Below are positions 30,998-42,770 of a stretch of 64,000 nt of DNA, piece after piece. The first letter of the stretch is position 1. Every line of letters begins with the position of its first letter. The DNA comes from an uncultured Chthonomonadaceae bacterium (GTDB taxonomy: Bacteria > Armatimonadota > Chthonomonadetes > Chthonomonadales > Chthonomonadaceae). Both the position numbers and the translations under genes were made by a program. The stretch spans positions 320,001 through 384,000 of the forward strand of contig CAWFQB010000005.1 of the NCBI GenBank assembly GCA_963817895.1, given 5' to 3'. The notes beneath the pieces are model-generated. The model did no database searches and was not told the DNA's origin. It saw only the letters and a program-made list of their open reading frames with translations.

Positions 30998-32919
30998 TTG
31001 AAAACCCTCAAACGTCCTGAAAACTGGATAGCGGCGCTGGCGATATTCTTGTGGCTGCGGCTGATACAGGCGCCGTATGTCGTTGATTATGTCTCCAAAG
31101 GGACCAGAATTGAGGGTTCCTGGCGCTACTGTAACGCCTATTTCCTGAGCCACCATTTTCGTGTCGGCACGGATTTTGTTTTCCCGACCACGCTGTTGGG
31201 ATACTTCTATAGCAGCACTTACGACGCGGGTTTGTTCTGGCAGTGCTGGGCATGGCAGTTGACGCTCAACGGCCTCCTGGTTTTTAATCTGTATCGGATG
31301 TGCCTGCTGTATCCGGACAGGCGGCGACAGGCCGGATTGCTGCTTGCCTGCGCGCTCCTGCTTCCTCAGTTCCCGGACGTGAGCTACACCGTTCTGCTGA
31401 TTACAGGCAGCTCCATGCTGTTGTTTGCGGATGAGGCGCAGCCGGGACAGAAAACACTCAATATTCTGAATACGCTGGCGCTTATTCTGATTTCGCAGGT
31501 TAAAATCACCTTTCTGATGCAGGCGCTAGTTATTGTGATTGCCGCCGCATATCGGCATTGGAAACAGAAACGCCCCTGCTGCTGTACATGATTGGTTCGC
31601 TCGTTGTGTGGGTAGGGCTGTATCAGCCTTTGTCCGGCCTGGGCGAAAGCCTGCGTAATCTGCTCTCGATTACGGGCGGCTACAATAACGCGATGGGACT
31701 GGAAGCGAGTCCCTTCCGGGTCGCGCTGGGATTTGCGGGGCTTTGCCTGCTTCTGTCCGCGTTGTTTCCCGTCGCCAGGTCGTTTGGCAGGCGTGGCCTT
31801 TGGGGAGGAGCGTTGCTGACGTTTCTCCTGCTGCAAATGTGGAAGCAGGGGTTTGTGCGCAATGACGGCCACGCGATGACCTTTTATTGCCTGCTGATGG
31901 CGCTTTGCCCGTTGCTGCCTGTTTATTTTGGCGCGCATCGTTCGCTGACACGTTCCCAGGTGGTTGGCCTGGTTGTGTGCGCGCTGCTGAGTTTGACCGG
32001 TTTTGCCCAGGTAAATCACAGCCAGGCAAACCGCGCTCTGCTCGCTGACCTGATCCGTAATCCCGCGCCGGGAATGGCCCTGGCCCTGACACCCTGGCGG
32101 CTAGATGCGCAACTACAGGCAAAATACAGCCAATCCGCCAGGGATTGGGATTTGCCCAACATTCGGCAGCGCGTTCAACGCCAACCGGTGGATGTGTTCG
32201 GAAACGAACCCTTTGCCGCGCTGCTGAACAACCTGAACTATCGTCCGCGTCCCGTGTTTCAAAGCTACGCCTGCTATACGCCGTATTTGCAGGCTCTGAA
32301 CAGCGCGTATTACAGCGGCGCGCAGGCTCCGGCTTTTGTGCTGTTCACGCTTGCCACCATAGACGATCACATGCCCGCGATGGAAGATGGAGCGACTCTC
32401 CTGGAACTGTTGCGCCATTATCATCCTGTGATGGCAGAAAAAGGGTTCTTGCTGCTGGCGCGAAATTTTCCTGATTCCACCGAGTCGGACCTGCGCGAAC
32501 CATCCGGTAGTCCGATTGGTTCGCGGCAGACGATTATGGCGGGGCAGGAGGTTCCCCTGCCTGATGAAGCGAACTGGCATCTGCTTTCCCTGCGTATCAA
32601 GCCGACATGGCGAGAGATACTACGCGGAGTGGTTCTGCGTCCCACCCCGGTTACTCTGGTCTTGAACATGAAAAATGGTTCGTCCCGACGCTATCGGATC
32701 ATTCCTGAAGTGTCACAAGACGCGTTTTTGCTGGACCCGCTTGTGGAAAATGAACAGGATATGCTGGCGTTGTATGGACGTTCGCAGGACAAGCGCATAC
32801 GCAGTTTTCATGTAGAAGTCATGGGGCAGCCCGGACAATGGAAACAAGCGCAGGTTGAAGCGATTATCACGCCCCGTTCGCCGCCCGCAACGCCATTGAC
32901 GGCGACTATAAAGTTCTAA
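30998..32919 (+). CDS. Polytopic membrane protein, GT-C-like family A; frameshift near 31575
   Basis: Many TM segments; KQGFVRNDGH and NYRPRPVFQSY; paralog of 35514-37573. Confidence 0.65.
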
Positions 32920-32980
32920 TACTTTTGCTCATCTCGCAGACATTTTATCGCGCTTCGTTCCCGGCTCCTGGAGGCAACGC

Positions 32981-33805
32981 ATGTCAATCGAAAACCAGAC
33001 ACCCTATTTTTCTATGGTCATCCCGGCGCACAACGAAGAGGGGTGCATCGAGCGCACCTGCGTGAGCATCATTGAGGAGTTTGAACGCCAGGGCATTGCC
33101 GATATAGAGCTTCTGGTGGTCAATGACAACAGTTCCGACGGCACGGAAGCGATTTTGCAGGACTTGTCGCGCCGCTACCCAACCATTTTGCGCTATCTGA
33201 ACAACACGCCGCCGCATGGCTTCGGGTTTGCCGTGCGCCGGGGACTTGAGAATTACCGGGGCGAGTGCGTGTGCATCGTGATGGCCGATTTGTCCGACAG
33301 CCCGCAAGATGTCGCCGTGTACTACGCCAAAATGCGCGAGGGTTACGAGTGCGTGTTCGGATCGCGATTTATCAAGGGCAGCAAAATCATTGATTATCCG
33401 CAGTTCAAGTTATATGTGAACCGTTGCGCTAACTGGTTCATCAAGCGGCTGTTCAGACTGCCCTACAACGACATCACCAACGCCTTCAAATGCTACCGGC
33501 GCGACGTGATGGACGGTCTACAGCCCCTGATCTCGTACCACTTCAACCTGACCGTAGAGTTGCCGCTGAAAGCTATCGTGCGCGGTTACAACTACGCTGT
33601 CGTGCCAATCTCCTGGACAAATCGCGATGTGGGCGTGTCCAAATTGAAAATCAAAGAGATGGGCAGCCGCTATCTGTTCATCGTTTTGTACGTGTATCTG
33701 GAGAAGAAGCTTTCCAAGCGGGACTACCATCGAACCACGTTGGAAAAGCACACGATGTCCGCCAAAGATACTGAAACTTCCGCATCGCCGTCCGTATCTT
33801 CGTAA
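32981..33805 (+). CDS. GT2 glycosyltransferase (polyprenol-phosphate glycosyltransferase-like)
   Basis: VIPAHNEE, VVNDNSSDGT, MADLSD, FGSRF, DITNAFKCYR. Confidence 0.9.
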   Translation: MSIENQTPYFSMVIPAHNEEGCIERTCVSIIEEFERQGIADIELLVVNDNSSDGTEAILQDLSRRYPTILRYLNNTPPHGFGFAVRRGLENYRGECVCIVMADLSDSPQDVAVYYAKMREGYECVFGSRFIKGSKIIDYPQFKLYVNRCANWFIKRLFRLPYNDITNAFKCYRRDVMDGLQPLISYHFNLTVELPLKAIVRGYNYAVVPISWTNRDVGVSKLKIKEMGSRYLFIVLYVYLEKKLSKRDYHRTTLEKHTMSAKDTETSASPSVSS

Positions 33806-33843
33806 CCTGCCTGCGCGGCAGAAGCAGGCCGTTCCTGACGACA

Positions 33844-35385
33844 ATGGAGGACTCCATGCCTCCATTTGCCTGTGAAAAGGAAACCTTGATGACAGACAAG
33901 AACGAGAGGCAGTCACCCGGGCTAAACCATAGTCGGAAATACTGGATGTTGGCCTGGGGAGTACCCTGCCTGATCTTCGCGTTCTTGATGTACATGGTGT
34001 TTCATTACGCGGTGGACGCGCCCTACTACGATCAGTGGCTCGGCATATCCCTGTTTGTCAAAGCGCAGCGCCATGAACTGACCTGGATGGACGTTTGGGC
34101 GCAGCATAATGAGCATCGCATACTGCTGCCGAACCTGATTATACTGGGATTAGCGCGCTGGAGTGGTTGGAACATTCGGTGGGAGCTTGCCACCAGTCTT
34201 ATTCTGGGAATTGGCATCTATGCTGTTTACGCCTGGCAGATCGAGCGTACCGCCACCAGGATGCGGGACGCTGCCATGCTGTGGCTGCTGCCCGTGATTG
34301 CTGTGGCCGTGTTTTCGCTGCGGCAATACGAGAATTGGCTGTGGGGCTTTCAGCTGTGCATGTTCCTCAACGTCCTGATGGTGACAATGGGCTTTGCTCT
34401 TCTGACGCGCCGCGCTCTGACCTGGACCACGCTGCTGGCGGCGCTGGCCTGCGGCCTGGGCGCGACATTCTCTTTCGGAAATGGCTTGCTCTACTGGCCC
34501 CTGGGCCTGGCCCTGCTGTTTATGCTTGCGCCGAAATTACAACGGCGACAGTTCCTTATCGCCTGGATAGTAACCGCATTGCTCACCGTTATTGTCTACT
34601 TTCACGGCTATTCCACGCCCCCCAACGCTCCGCCCCTTCAATTTTTGCGCCATCTCCTGAAGTCCGTAGTGTTTTTTGTCGCTTATTTAGGATCATTCAG
34701 CGGCGGCGTGTTCGGAATGTACGCAGCCCTGGCGGCAGGCAGCATCGGCCTCGCGTTGTTCAGCATGGCAACCTGGCGGTTGCTTCGCAACAGGCAAGTG
34801 GACTGGAAACTCCTGATGCCCTATTGGGCATCAGGCTCTTACGCGCTTGCAAGCGGGCTTCTTACCATCCTGGGCCGCTCACAATCCAGTGTCCTCTTCT
34901 CACTCACCTCGCGTTACACGACAATTTCCGAACTGTTTTGGATTTCCACGCTGATTCTGACATACCTGTGGCTACGGCAAAGCGCCCGCCAACCGGAGCC
35001 TGACGAATCCGTAAACACGCCATCCGGCAACACCGGGGACACGCGGCCCGCTTACGGCAACGAGGAACGCGCGGCGAGTGATAGCGGCAAGGTCGTCGGC
35101 AGAAGGGGTCGGATTCCGGGCAGGGAGATGGGCGCATTGGCCGCGTTTGGTGTCGTATTCGTCTGCGCCTCCCTGTTGAGCCGACAAAATTTTCAGCAGT
35201 GGCACGACACGAAGATCGAGGCGCAGCAGCGACTGCTTACGGAACCTCTGCAGCCCGACCGCCAGGAACTCTATTCGAGCCTGCTGCCGTCGCCGTGGAC
35301 CTACGTTATTTTTGAGGAAGTTCCCGTGATGAAGCAGTATCATCTGGGTATCTTCCGTAATGCTGACGCGACACAGAAACGCTGA
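33844..35385 (+). CDS. Polytopic membrane protein, GT-C-like family B
   Basis: PYYDQW..WAQHNEHRI, QYENWLWG, SFGNGLLYWP, SRY; paralog of 38446-39801. Confidence 0.7.
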   Translation: MEDSMPPFACEKETLMTDKNERQSPGLNHSRKYWMLAWGVPCLIFAFLMYMVFHYAVDAPYYDQWLGISLFVKAQRHELTWMDVWAQHNEHRILLPNLIILGLARWSGWNIRWELATSLILGIGIYAVYAWQIERTATRMRDAAMLWLLPVIAVAVFSLRQYENWLWGFQLCMFLNVLMVTMGFALLTRRALTWTTLLAALACGLGATFSFGNGLLYWPLGLALLFMLAPKLQRRQFLIAWIVTALLTVIVYFHGYSTPPNAPPLQFLRHLLKSVVFFVAYLGSFSGGVFGMYAALAAGSIGLALFSMATWRLLRNRQVDWKLLMPYWASGSYALASGLLTILGRSQSSVLFSLTSRYTTISELFWISTLILTYLWLRQSARQPEPDESVNTPSGNTGDTRPAYGNEERAASDSGKVVGRRGRIPGREMGALAAFGVVFVCASLLSRQNFQQWHDTKIEAQQRLLTEPLQPDRQELYSSLLPSPWTYVIFEEVPVMKQYHLGIFRNADATQKR

Positions 35386-35513
35386 CAGCGATTGCGCGTC
35401 TTACACTTCCGCGCGTATTCGCTTCAGATTTTTGGTTGACTAAATCGTAAACTGCCGACTGTCGGAGCAGAACTACATGCGCATCCCCGCGCCTACATCA
35501 CGGAATTAAGGAT

Positions 35514-37573
35514 ATGACAACGCTCAATAAGGCCCAGACAGACGAACAGGCAAACAACCGCGACGATAGATCATTTCCCACTATCGCGTTCGCCTGGCGG
35601 CGCTATGCTCGTGACCCGAAGCAGTTGCTGTTTGGCGCGACTATTGTGTTCCTGTGGCTCCAACTGATTAACTATGCCACTGTACCCGTATTTTCCGAAG
35701 GCTATCTGGACGTCTCCTGGCAGTATTGCAACGCTTTCTTTCTTGAACATTCCCTGCGAGCCGGTATTGATTACGTGTTTCCCTCCGGCCTGCTGGGGTT
35801 TTTCTACGGAAACGTTTACGATAGCCGACTCTTCTGGTTTCAATGGGCGTGGGAACTTATCTTCGCAGGCTTCGCGACGGCAAAGATAGCGCAGGTTTGT
35901 CGGCGCTATCCCTCCCTGTCAGCGCGTATCGGCATCCTGTTGACAACCGCGATTGTACTGTCGTATGTTACGGATGTTATCTATTATATCGTCCTGCTGA
36001 TCATTGCCACAAATCTGATGGATCGCGAGCCGCGCAAGCCGCTGTCCCTTGTCCCGGATGCCCTGGCTCTGATCGCGCTATCGCTTCTGAAATTCAATTT
36101 TCTTGTCATGGCGGCGCAAATCCTCCTGATTGTCCTTGTCGCCGGCGGCGCGGAGCGCCGCCGTTCCTCCCTGATATTGCTGACGGCCCATGTTGTCGGC
36201 TATTTGTTGTTCTGGCTCCTGTTGAAACAGCGCCTTTCCGATCTGCCTGTTTACCTCAAGAATATGGTAATTCTCAGCGGGGGATACATGCAGGCGATGG
36301 GCTGGACGGTAGGGGACATTCTGCCTTTTACAGGCGTTCTTCTGATGGCGGCCTTCCTCTATATTCTGGCGCAGGCCAACAAAGACAAGACCACTCGCTC
36401 TCTTCCCTTAGCCATCCTGTTTGTAGTGATCCTGCTGCAGATATTCAAGCATGGCTTCGTGCGCAACGATCACGCCGGAGTGTTTTTCGGCAGCATGATG
36501 TTTGCTTTATTCCTTGTGCCGGTCGCATCTGGAACCTACCGCCCGCTTTCGCGCAAAAGCAGGGCGCTTTTAGCCTTCAGTCTTGTTGCCTGCTGGCTTG
36601 GCAACAACGTTGCCCTGGAATGGAACAGCAGAGTGAACGGGGGCTTCTGGCGGCATACCGTTGCAAGCGCGATGTACGTGTTCGCGCCCACTTTAACTCA
36701 GCGCCAGCTCAACGCGTTATGCTGAACAGGCGCAGATATGGAACCTGCCCCGTATCAACGCCATTGTCGGCAATTCTACCGTAGATGTCATGGGCTACAG
36801 CCAGTTCATCGCCTTCCTGCACGACTGGAACTACGATCCGCGCCCTGTTTACCAGAGTTACTGCGCCTTCACCCCCGCGCTGTTGAAACTGAATGGCGAT
36901 TTTTATCGCGGCGCCCGCGCCCCCCGCTATGTTCTGATGCGCCTTGAAAGCATTGACGAACGCATACCCACGCTGGATGACGCGGATGTCCTGTCCGTAC
37001 TCTGGCAGCAGTACCATCCGGTAGCGGTAGAAAAAGGGTTTCTGCTTCTGAGCCGGAACGCGCCGTCGGCTGTAAACCATGCTGTCGCTCCGTCGTTCCC
37101 TGCAAAAACATCGTTCGTGAAGTCATCGCGTAGTCCACTTCTGGGAGGCGGTTCCACTTCCTGACGACGCGCAATGGCATTTGATCTCGCTGCGCGTGAA
37201 ACCATCGCTGTCGGGCCAGTTACTCGGCGCGGCCCTGCGTCCCAAACCCGTTCTCGCGCGTATCGAAATGAACGATGGCGCGTCGGTCCGCTATCGTTTG
37301 ATCCCGGCGATGGGGCAGAAATTTTTTCTGATAGACCCCGTTTTGAAAACTACCAGAGATGTGGTCGCCCTGTACGGGGGCGTGGCAAACCGGCGCGTTC
37401 GCAGTTTCGCCGTGGAACAAGAGGCGCGCAAAGGAGTGTGGTCGGTGGATCGTATCGAAATAGACATTCTCTCCTGTCCTTCTCAAATACGACAGCCGCT
37501 CTCCCCTGCGGAAACGCGCGCTCTGCTGTTGCCGGATGGCTGGCAGGCGCCGGATGCATCTGCCCTGAAATGA
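35514..37573 (+). CDS. Polytopic membrane protein, GT-C-like family A; frameshifts near 36718 and 37100-37180
   Basis: SWQYCNAFFL, KHGFVRNDH, NYDPRPVYQSY, YHPVAVEKGFLLL, all shared with 30998-32919. Confidence 0.65.
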
Positions 37574-37639
37574 TCGCGGATGCCCCTGTTAGTAACGCGA
37601 CAGAAAATTATTCATTAAAATTGAGGGAAATATACGTCT

Positions 37640-38425
37640 ATGCTAAAACAATCTACTGACAATGCGCCCGCTTCAAGCCGGTCAGACGACAACGCGATTT
37701 CTGCCGTTGCCAGCTCCGAGAGCGCTTATTTCGATAAGCTGGTGAGCGGCGAAGGCGACTTCAATCCGTTCAAAGAGCGCGGCTGGCAAACTCTTGCCCA
37801 ACGCTTTGCCGCCTGGGTTCCCACGCGGACACCCCTGGATATTCTGGACGTGGGCTGCGGAACCGGGCAGTCGCGTCAGCTTTATATTGCGCATGCCCGC
37901 TCGTATATGGGCATTGACCTTTCCGAGGAAGCGCTGGCGATTGCGCGACGCAATTACCCGGATGATGAGTGGCAGCGCGCCAATGCCTGTGAACTGCCCT
38001 TCGAGGCCAACCGCTTCGATGTCGTGGCATTCAGCAGTGTCCTGCATCATATTCCCGACTACGGGCAGGCCGTTCGCGAAGCGCAGCGCGTACTCAAACC
38101 GGGCGGCTTCGCGTTCGCCTTCGATCCCAACGCGCTGCATCCGGCTATGGCGCTGTTTCGACATCCCAAAAGCCCCCTGTATCTGCGGCAGGGCGTCAGC
38201 CCGAATGAGCGTCCCTTGCTGCCGCGCAGTCTGCATCGAGCATTCGAAACCGCCGGCTTGCGGCACATTCAGCAGCGCGGCCAATCCGATCTTCCCTACC
38301 GCGCCGTCGCGCCCAAACTGATCAACACGTTTCTGTCGGCTTACAACGCGGGCGACTGGGTCTGGGAGCGTGTCGGATTGGGACGCTGGTTCGGGACGTT
38401 CGTCATTACCTGCGGGCAAAAGTAG
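37640..38425 (+). CDS. Class I SAM-dependent methyltransferase
   Basis: ILDVGCGTG, GIDLS, LPFEANRFD, RVLKPGG. Confidence 0.9.
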   Translation: MLKQSTDNAPASSRSDDNAISAVASSESAYFDKLVSGEGDFNPFKERGWQTLAQRFAAWVPTRTPLDILDVGCGTGQSRQLYIAHARSYMGIDLSEEALAIARRNYPDDEWQRANACELPFEANRFDVVAFSSVLHHIPDYGQAVREAQRVLKPGGFAFAFDPNALHPAMALFRHPKSPLYLRQGVSPNERPLLPRSLHRAFETAGLRHIQQRGQSDLPYRAVAPKLINTFLSAYNAGDWVWERVGLGRWFGTFVITCGQK

Positions 38426-38445
38426 ACGCTTACGAATACCACTCC

Positions 38446-39801
38446 ATGAACAAACGCAGCGCGCCATCCAAAACTCTCCTGATGTTCGTTATTCCCTGCC
38501 TGTGCTTTACCCTGCTGGCCTTTTTGACGCTGCATTATGTGATTGCCGTGCCGATACTTGACCAGTGGGAGCTGGTCCCGCTCCTGCAAAAGTCGTATCA
38601 GGGGCAACTGGCGTTCGGCGATTTATGGGCGCAGCACAACGAGCATCGGCTGCTGTTTCCACGCCTGATTATGCTTGGTCTGGCGCGTTTGAGCCACTGG
38701 GATTTGCGATGGGAACTGGTCACGAGTCTGTTGCTTGCGGTGGGAATTTTGAGCGTAGTGGGCATTCAACTGCGGCAAACCGCGAAAATCGTGAAAGACG
38801 ATACGCTCCTCCGCCTGCTTCCGGTCGCTTCCATTGTAGTGTTTTCCCTGCGTCAGAGTGAAAACTGGATGTGGGGCTGGCAACTGGCGATTTTCCTGAA
38901 CATTCTGGCGGTCGTGGCCGGCATCGCTTTGCTGACGCATCCCGCGCCGACATGGGGAAAGTGGATTGGAGCGGTGTGTTGCGGCGTGGTTGCCACCTAC
39001 TCCTTTGCCAACGGCCTGCTCTTCTGGCCCCTGGGCGCGTTTGCGCTATGGGCGAATACGCGCGACAGCACATTCAGGGCGCGTATGGCGGGCTGGTGTG
39101 TGTGCGCCGTGTTGACGGCAGCCTCCTACTTTTATCAGTACGCCAAGCCGCCCGACAGTCCGCCCCTGCTGTACACGCTGTCCCACCCGTTCACGTTCGC
39201 GGCCTACTTTTTGAGCTACATCGGCGCGTTTATCAGCATCAAGGATACGCCTGTAATTGGCGTGTGCATGGGCCTTGTGGGACTGGCGCTGCTGATACTG
39301 GCCTGGCGCAGCCTGCGGCAAAACGGCAAAATTCCCCCTGAAGCCCTGACGCCCTACCTCGCGTATGCCCTGTACGTCCTTCTCAGCGCGTTGGTCAGCA
39401 CGGTAGGACGCGCGGGCTTTGGAGCCAAACAGGCGATGGCGTCACGGTATCTGACGATTTCAGAATTGTTCTGGATTGCGATTCTGGTGATGGGATACCT
39501 GACGGCGCGGCAGCGCGAAGCAACGCAGACTTCGGCACAGACGGAACGGTGGGCCAGGCGCGTCCTTGTCGTGGCAGGACTGGTGTTCGCGGTCAACTCG
39601 CTGAAAAACATTCGCGCTTTCCCGCAGCAATATGCTTTCGCGCAACCGGTTGAGCGGCAGATGCTGTTGCTCAACTACAAAGCCAGCGCAAAACTATCGC
39701 TTACGCCCAATGTTGTCGAGGAACGCGCCCCGTTTTTGCGGCAGCATCGTCTTGCTTTGTACCGGGGAGATAGGAGATACGAGATACGAGATAGGAGATA
39801 G
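38446..39801 (+). CDS. Polytopic membrane protein, GT-C-like family B
   Basis: PILDQW..WAQHNEHRL, QSENWMWG, SFANGLLFWP, SRY. Confidence 0.7.
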   Translation: MNKRSAPSKTLLMFVIPCLCFTLLAFLTLHYVIAVPILDQWELVPLLQKSYQGQLAFGDLWAQHNEHRLLFPRLIMLGLARLSHWDLRWELVTSLLLAVGILSVVGIQLRQTAKIVKDDTLLRLLPVASIVVFSLRQSENWMWGWQLAIFLNILAVVAGIALLTHPAPTWGKWIGAVCCGVVATYSFANGLLFWPLGAFALWANTRDSTFRARMAGWCVCAVLTAASYFYQYAKPPDSPPLLYTLSHPFTFAAYFLSYIGAFISIKDTPVIGVCMGLVGLALLILAWRSLRQNGKIPPEALTPYLAYALYVLLSALVSTVGRAGFGAKQAMASRYLTISELFWIAILVMGYLTARQREATQTSAQTERWARRVLVVAGLVFAVNSLKNIRAFPQQYAFAQPVERQMLLLNYKASAKLSLTPNVVEERAPFLRQHRLALYRGDRRYEIRDRR

Positions 39802-39843
39802 GAGAAGTATTAACTCGTATCTCGTATCTCCTATCTCCTATCT
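39766..39843. repeat. Palindromic heptamer-array element (GAGATA(C/G))n
   Basis: Arms 39766-39805 and 39814-39843; holds the stop codons of both convergent genes. Confidence 0.9.
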
Positions 39844-40632
39844 TCTTTCCACATCGCCGTTATTGGCCGCGTCGTAGGCGGTTCGCAGGTGGGTGAGCGC
39901 GTAGGTGACTTCGCCGCCAAAATCCGCGCCGAAACCGCACTCGATGGATACCCGAGCATCGTACCCGGCGTCGCGTAAAACTCCGAAGAGGGATACGTAA
40001 TCGTAAGAACCCGTGCCGGGAGCGAGCCGCCCATCGTCCGCCACATGTACGTGCGCCAGAACGTCGCGGGCTTCGATCAGGGCTGTTAGCGGTTCCCCCT
40101 CCTGCTCTATATGGTACGTGTCGCCTAAATCGCGGATGCCGGGACGCGCGATCTGCCGCGCCCATTCCGCCCCTTCGCTTACCAGATTGATGATGTTGGA
40201 TTCCGCTTTCCGCAAAGGTTCAATGGCAACTACAATTCCGGTTTGATCCGACACGTCCGCGCACAGATTCAGAAAATGGCGCAATTGGCGATGCGCGGTT
40301 TCGAGGTCAAAACCCTCCGGCACATTCCGCGCCCCGCCGCTGCCGAACACGATGATTTTGCCGCCGATTTCCGCCGCGCGCGTCAGAGCCGTTTGCACAT
40401 AGCGGGTCAGGACTGGAAAATCCACGTCCGGGCCGACGATCTTCCCCGTCCGCACAAACGAGTTGAATGTTTCCGGCGGCAGGGGCAGTTCCCGCAAGCG
40501 GCGGCGCGTTTCCGGCCATCCGCTTTCGTCCACCGCCATTACATCTTCAGCAATAGACAACTCGATAAAGTCATAGCCCGCTTCCGCCAGAACGTCGGCC
40601 TTTTCCGGCCCCGCGCATACTCCGAACCGCAT
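39838..40632 (-). CDS. Sugar phosphate isomerase/epimerase (TIM barrel)
   Basis: AGYDFIEL, VFGSG, IEPL, DTYH, HVHVAD, SIEC. Confidence 0.88.
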   Translation of the reverse strand: MRFGVCAGPEKADVLAEAGYDFIELSIAEDVMAVDESGWPETRRRLRELPLPPETFNSFVRTGKIVGPDVDFPVLTRYVQTALTRAAEIGGKIIVFGSGGARNVPEGFDLETAHRQLRHFLNLCADVSDQTGIVVAIEPLRKAESNIINLVSEGAEWARQIARPGIRDLGDTYHIEQEGEPLTALIEARDVLAHVHVADDGRLAPGTGSYDYVSLFGVLRDAGYDARVSIECGFGADFGGEVTYALTHLRTAYDAANNGDVERR

Positions 40633-40649
40633 AATAAACCTCCAATTCA

Positions 40650-40781
40650 AGAAAAGGAGAAAAGGAGAAGAGGAGAAGAGGAGAAAAATACACGATTGAC
40701 AATAATTTTACGTGACAAACAAGGCTCTTTATTCTTGCGCAAGTCAGTATTCATTCTCCTCTTCTCCTTTTCTTCTCTTCT
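40650..40781. repeat. Palindromic octamer-array element (GGAGAARA)n
   Basis: Left arm 40650-40686, AT-rich spacer, right arm 40754-40781. Confidence 0.88.
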
Positions 40782-41770
40782 ACGCCGTGTGCGCCAATGT
40801 GTCCGCTGTGACGACGCACAGGGGCGCGTTGCCGGACAGGTACGCGGCGATGTCGTTGACGGCCTGCCGTCCGATAAGGGTAGCGGGCGGGCCGGCAATG
40901 TGGGATGTGTACACGACGTTGGGCAGGGTTCGCAACGGGCTGTCTGTGGCGGCAGGTTCGGGCGCGGACACGTCTAGAAACGCGAAAAGCCGTCCCTGTT
41001 GTAGTTCGGCAGTAAGGGCCGGTTCGTCAATACACGCGCCCCGCGAGGTGTTGATGAAAATCGTATCGTCGGGCATGGCGGCAAAGTGAGGCGCGGCAAG
41101 GGCGGGGCGGCAGGCGGGAACGTCCGGCGTGTGCAGCGTCACCACATCGCTGCGTCGGCACAGGTAAAGCAGGTCGTCCACCAGTGTTACGCCCATGTCT
41201 CGCGCCTGCGCGTCGGAAACGTAGGGGTCGTACAGCAGTATCGTCGGCTCGAAGGGGCGCAACAGTTTTATCACGCGCCTGCCCACTTCCGACGCGCCGA
41301 TAACGCCCACAGTGGCCCCGAAAATCACGCGACAACGGGCGGGTTTGGGCGCGATTCCCTGCCGATTGGCAGAGGCGTTGGGAAACACGCCCCGCAGTCC
41401 CAAAATGATTTCGGGCCAGCGTCATTTCGGCAACGCAGTCTGCAATGGCCGTTTTGCACGAGGCGATAGTCAGACTGCGCCCGTCAAGATGCGGCCCGAA
41501 GAAATGCTTCACGGTTCCCGCCGCGTGTTCCCAAAGCTTCAGGTTGGGACAGGCGGACAATAATTGCGCGTTCGGCCAGGGCGTCTGCCACGAGCCAATG
41601 CCAATCTCACAACCCGCAAGTAAATCGCAGGCGGCGTCAACAGTAATCGGTGTGGGCGAGTCCGTCGCCGTAACCTCGCCCAATGTTTGCAGCCGCTCCC
41701 AATCTTCCGGGCGAAACAGTTGATGGCGCAAATCCGTGTCGATAACAACGCCGATTTTGGTGTGCGCCAT
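40780..41770 (-). CDS. D-2-hydroxyacid dehydrogenase family protein; frameshift near 41415
   Basis: HAAGTVK, VGVIGAS.VG, YDPY, FINTSRG, LDV..PEP, TSHIAG. Confidence 0.88.
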
Positions 41771-41784
41771 GCGCTTTTATCCTT

Positions 41785-42663
41785 TCAGACAAAAGAATCT
41801 GCCGATGAAGAGAGTTCGCCGCGCAGTATCGTGACAGCCTGCCCGCCGAGTTTGACGCGCTCACCCTCTACGCGAACCTGAATGACGCCGCCACGCCGTG
41901 ACGCCTGATAGCCAATGAGATCGTTTTTACCCAATCGCTCGGCCCAGTACGGGCCGAGGCAGCAGTGCGCCGAGCCGGTCACGGGGTCTTCGTCCACGCC
42001 CACAGCCGGGGCGAAAAAGCGCGACAGGAAATCGTATTTTTGGTTGGGAGTGTCGCTGTTGGAAACTTTGCTGTCAAGGGTTTCTGCGCGGGCGGTGACA
42101 ATGATACCGCGACAGGGAATTCGGCTTAACAGGCCCATATCGGGGCGCAACTCGCGCAGTACCGTTGTATCTGAGACTTCCACGAGGTAGTCCATGCGGT
42201 TGCGTCCGATCCAGACGGGAGAAACATTTAAGGCTGCCAGAAGTTCGGGCGGCGCGGGAGCGGGCAGGGCGGGTTCGGCGGGGAAATCCAGCGTAATAAG
42301 GGAGTTGGAACGAGAAGCCGTCAGGACGCCGCTGCGGGTATGGAAGCGGAGTGGGGTGTCAGGAGAAGCGTAGCCCTCTTCCCAGAGTACGTGCGCGCTT
42401 GCCAGCGTGGCATGTCCGCACAGGTCAACCTCCACAAGCGGCGTGAACCAGCGCAGGGAATACTCGCCTGCCGGACTGTTCGCGCCCCCAATCTCCTCTT
42501 TCTCCAGGGGAAGCAAAAAAGCGGTTTCGGCCAAATTCATCTCCATAGCCACCGCCTGCATCCACGCCTCACCGCGCTCCTGTTCCACAACGCAAACGGC
42601 GGCGGGATTTCCCCCGAACGGCCTGTCCGTAAACGCATCCACCTGAACGATCCGCTGTGCCAT
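41785..42663 (-). CDS. PhzF family isomerase
   Basis: QVDAFT..GNPAAV, EMNLAETAF, EVDLCGHATLA, EDPVTGSAH. Confidence 0.93.
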   Translation of the reverse strand: MAQRIVQVDAFTDRPFGGNPAAVCVVEQERGEAWMQAVAMEMNLAETAFLLPLEKEEIGGANSPAGEYSLRWFTPLVEVDLCGHATLASAHVLWEEGYASPDTPLRFHTRSGVLTASRSNSLITLDFPAEPALPAPAPPELLAALNVSPVWIGRNRMDYLVEVSDTTVLRELRPDMGLLSRIPCRGIIVTARAETLDSKVSNSDTPNQKYDFLSRFFAPAVGVDEDPVTGSAHCCLGPYWAERLGKNDLIGYQASRRGGVIQVRVEGERVKLGGQAVTILRGELSSSADSFV

Positions 42664-42770
42664 ACGCGCGTCCTCTCCTCCGTGACAACAGCCCAATACG
42701 GAACAATGCTGTCCTTGCCGGTATATTTCGTTTTCGGGGGAGTATTTCCTTCTCTTTTCTGTGTTCTTGT

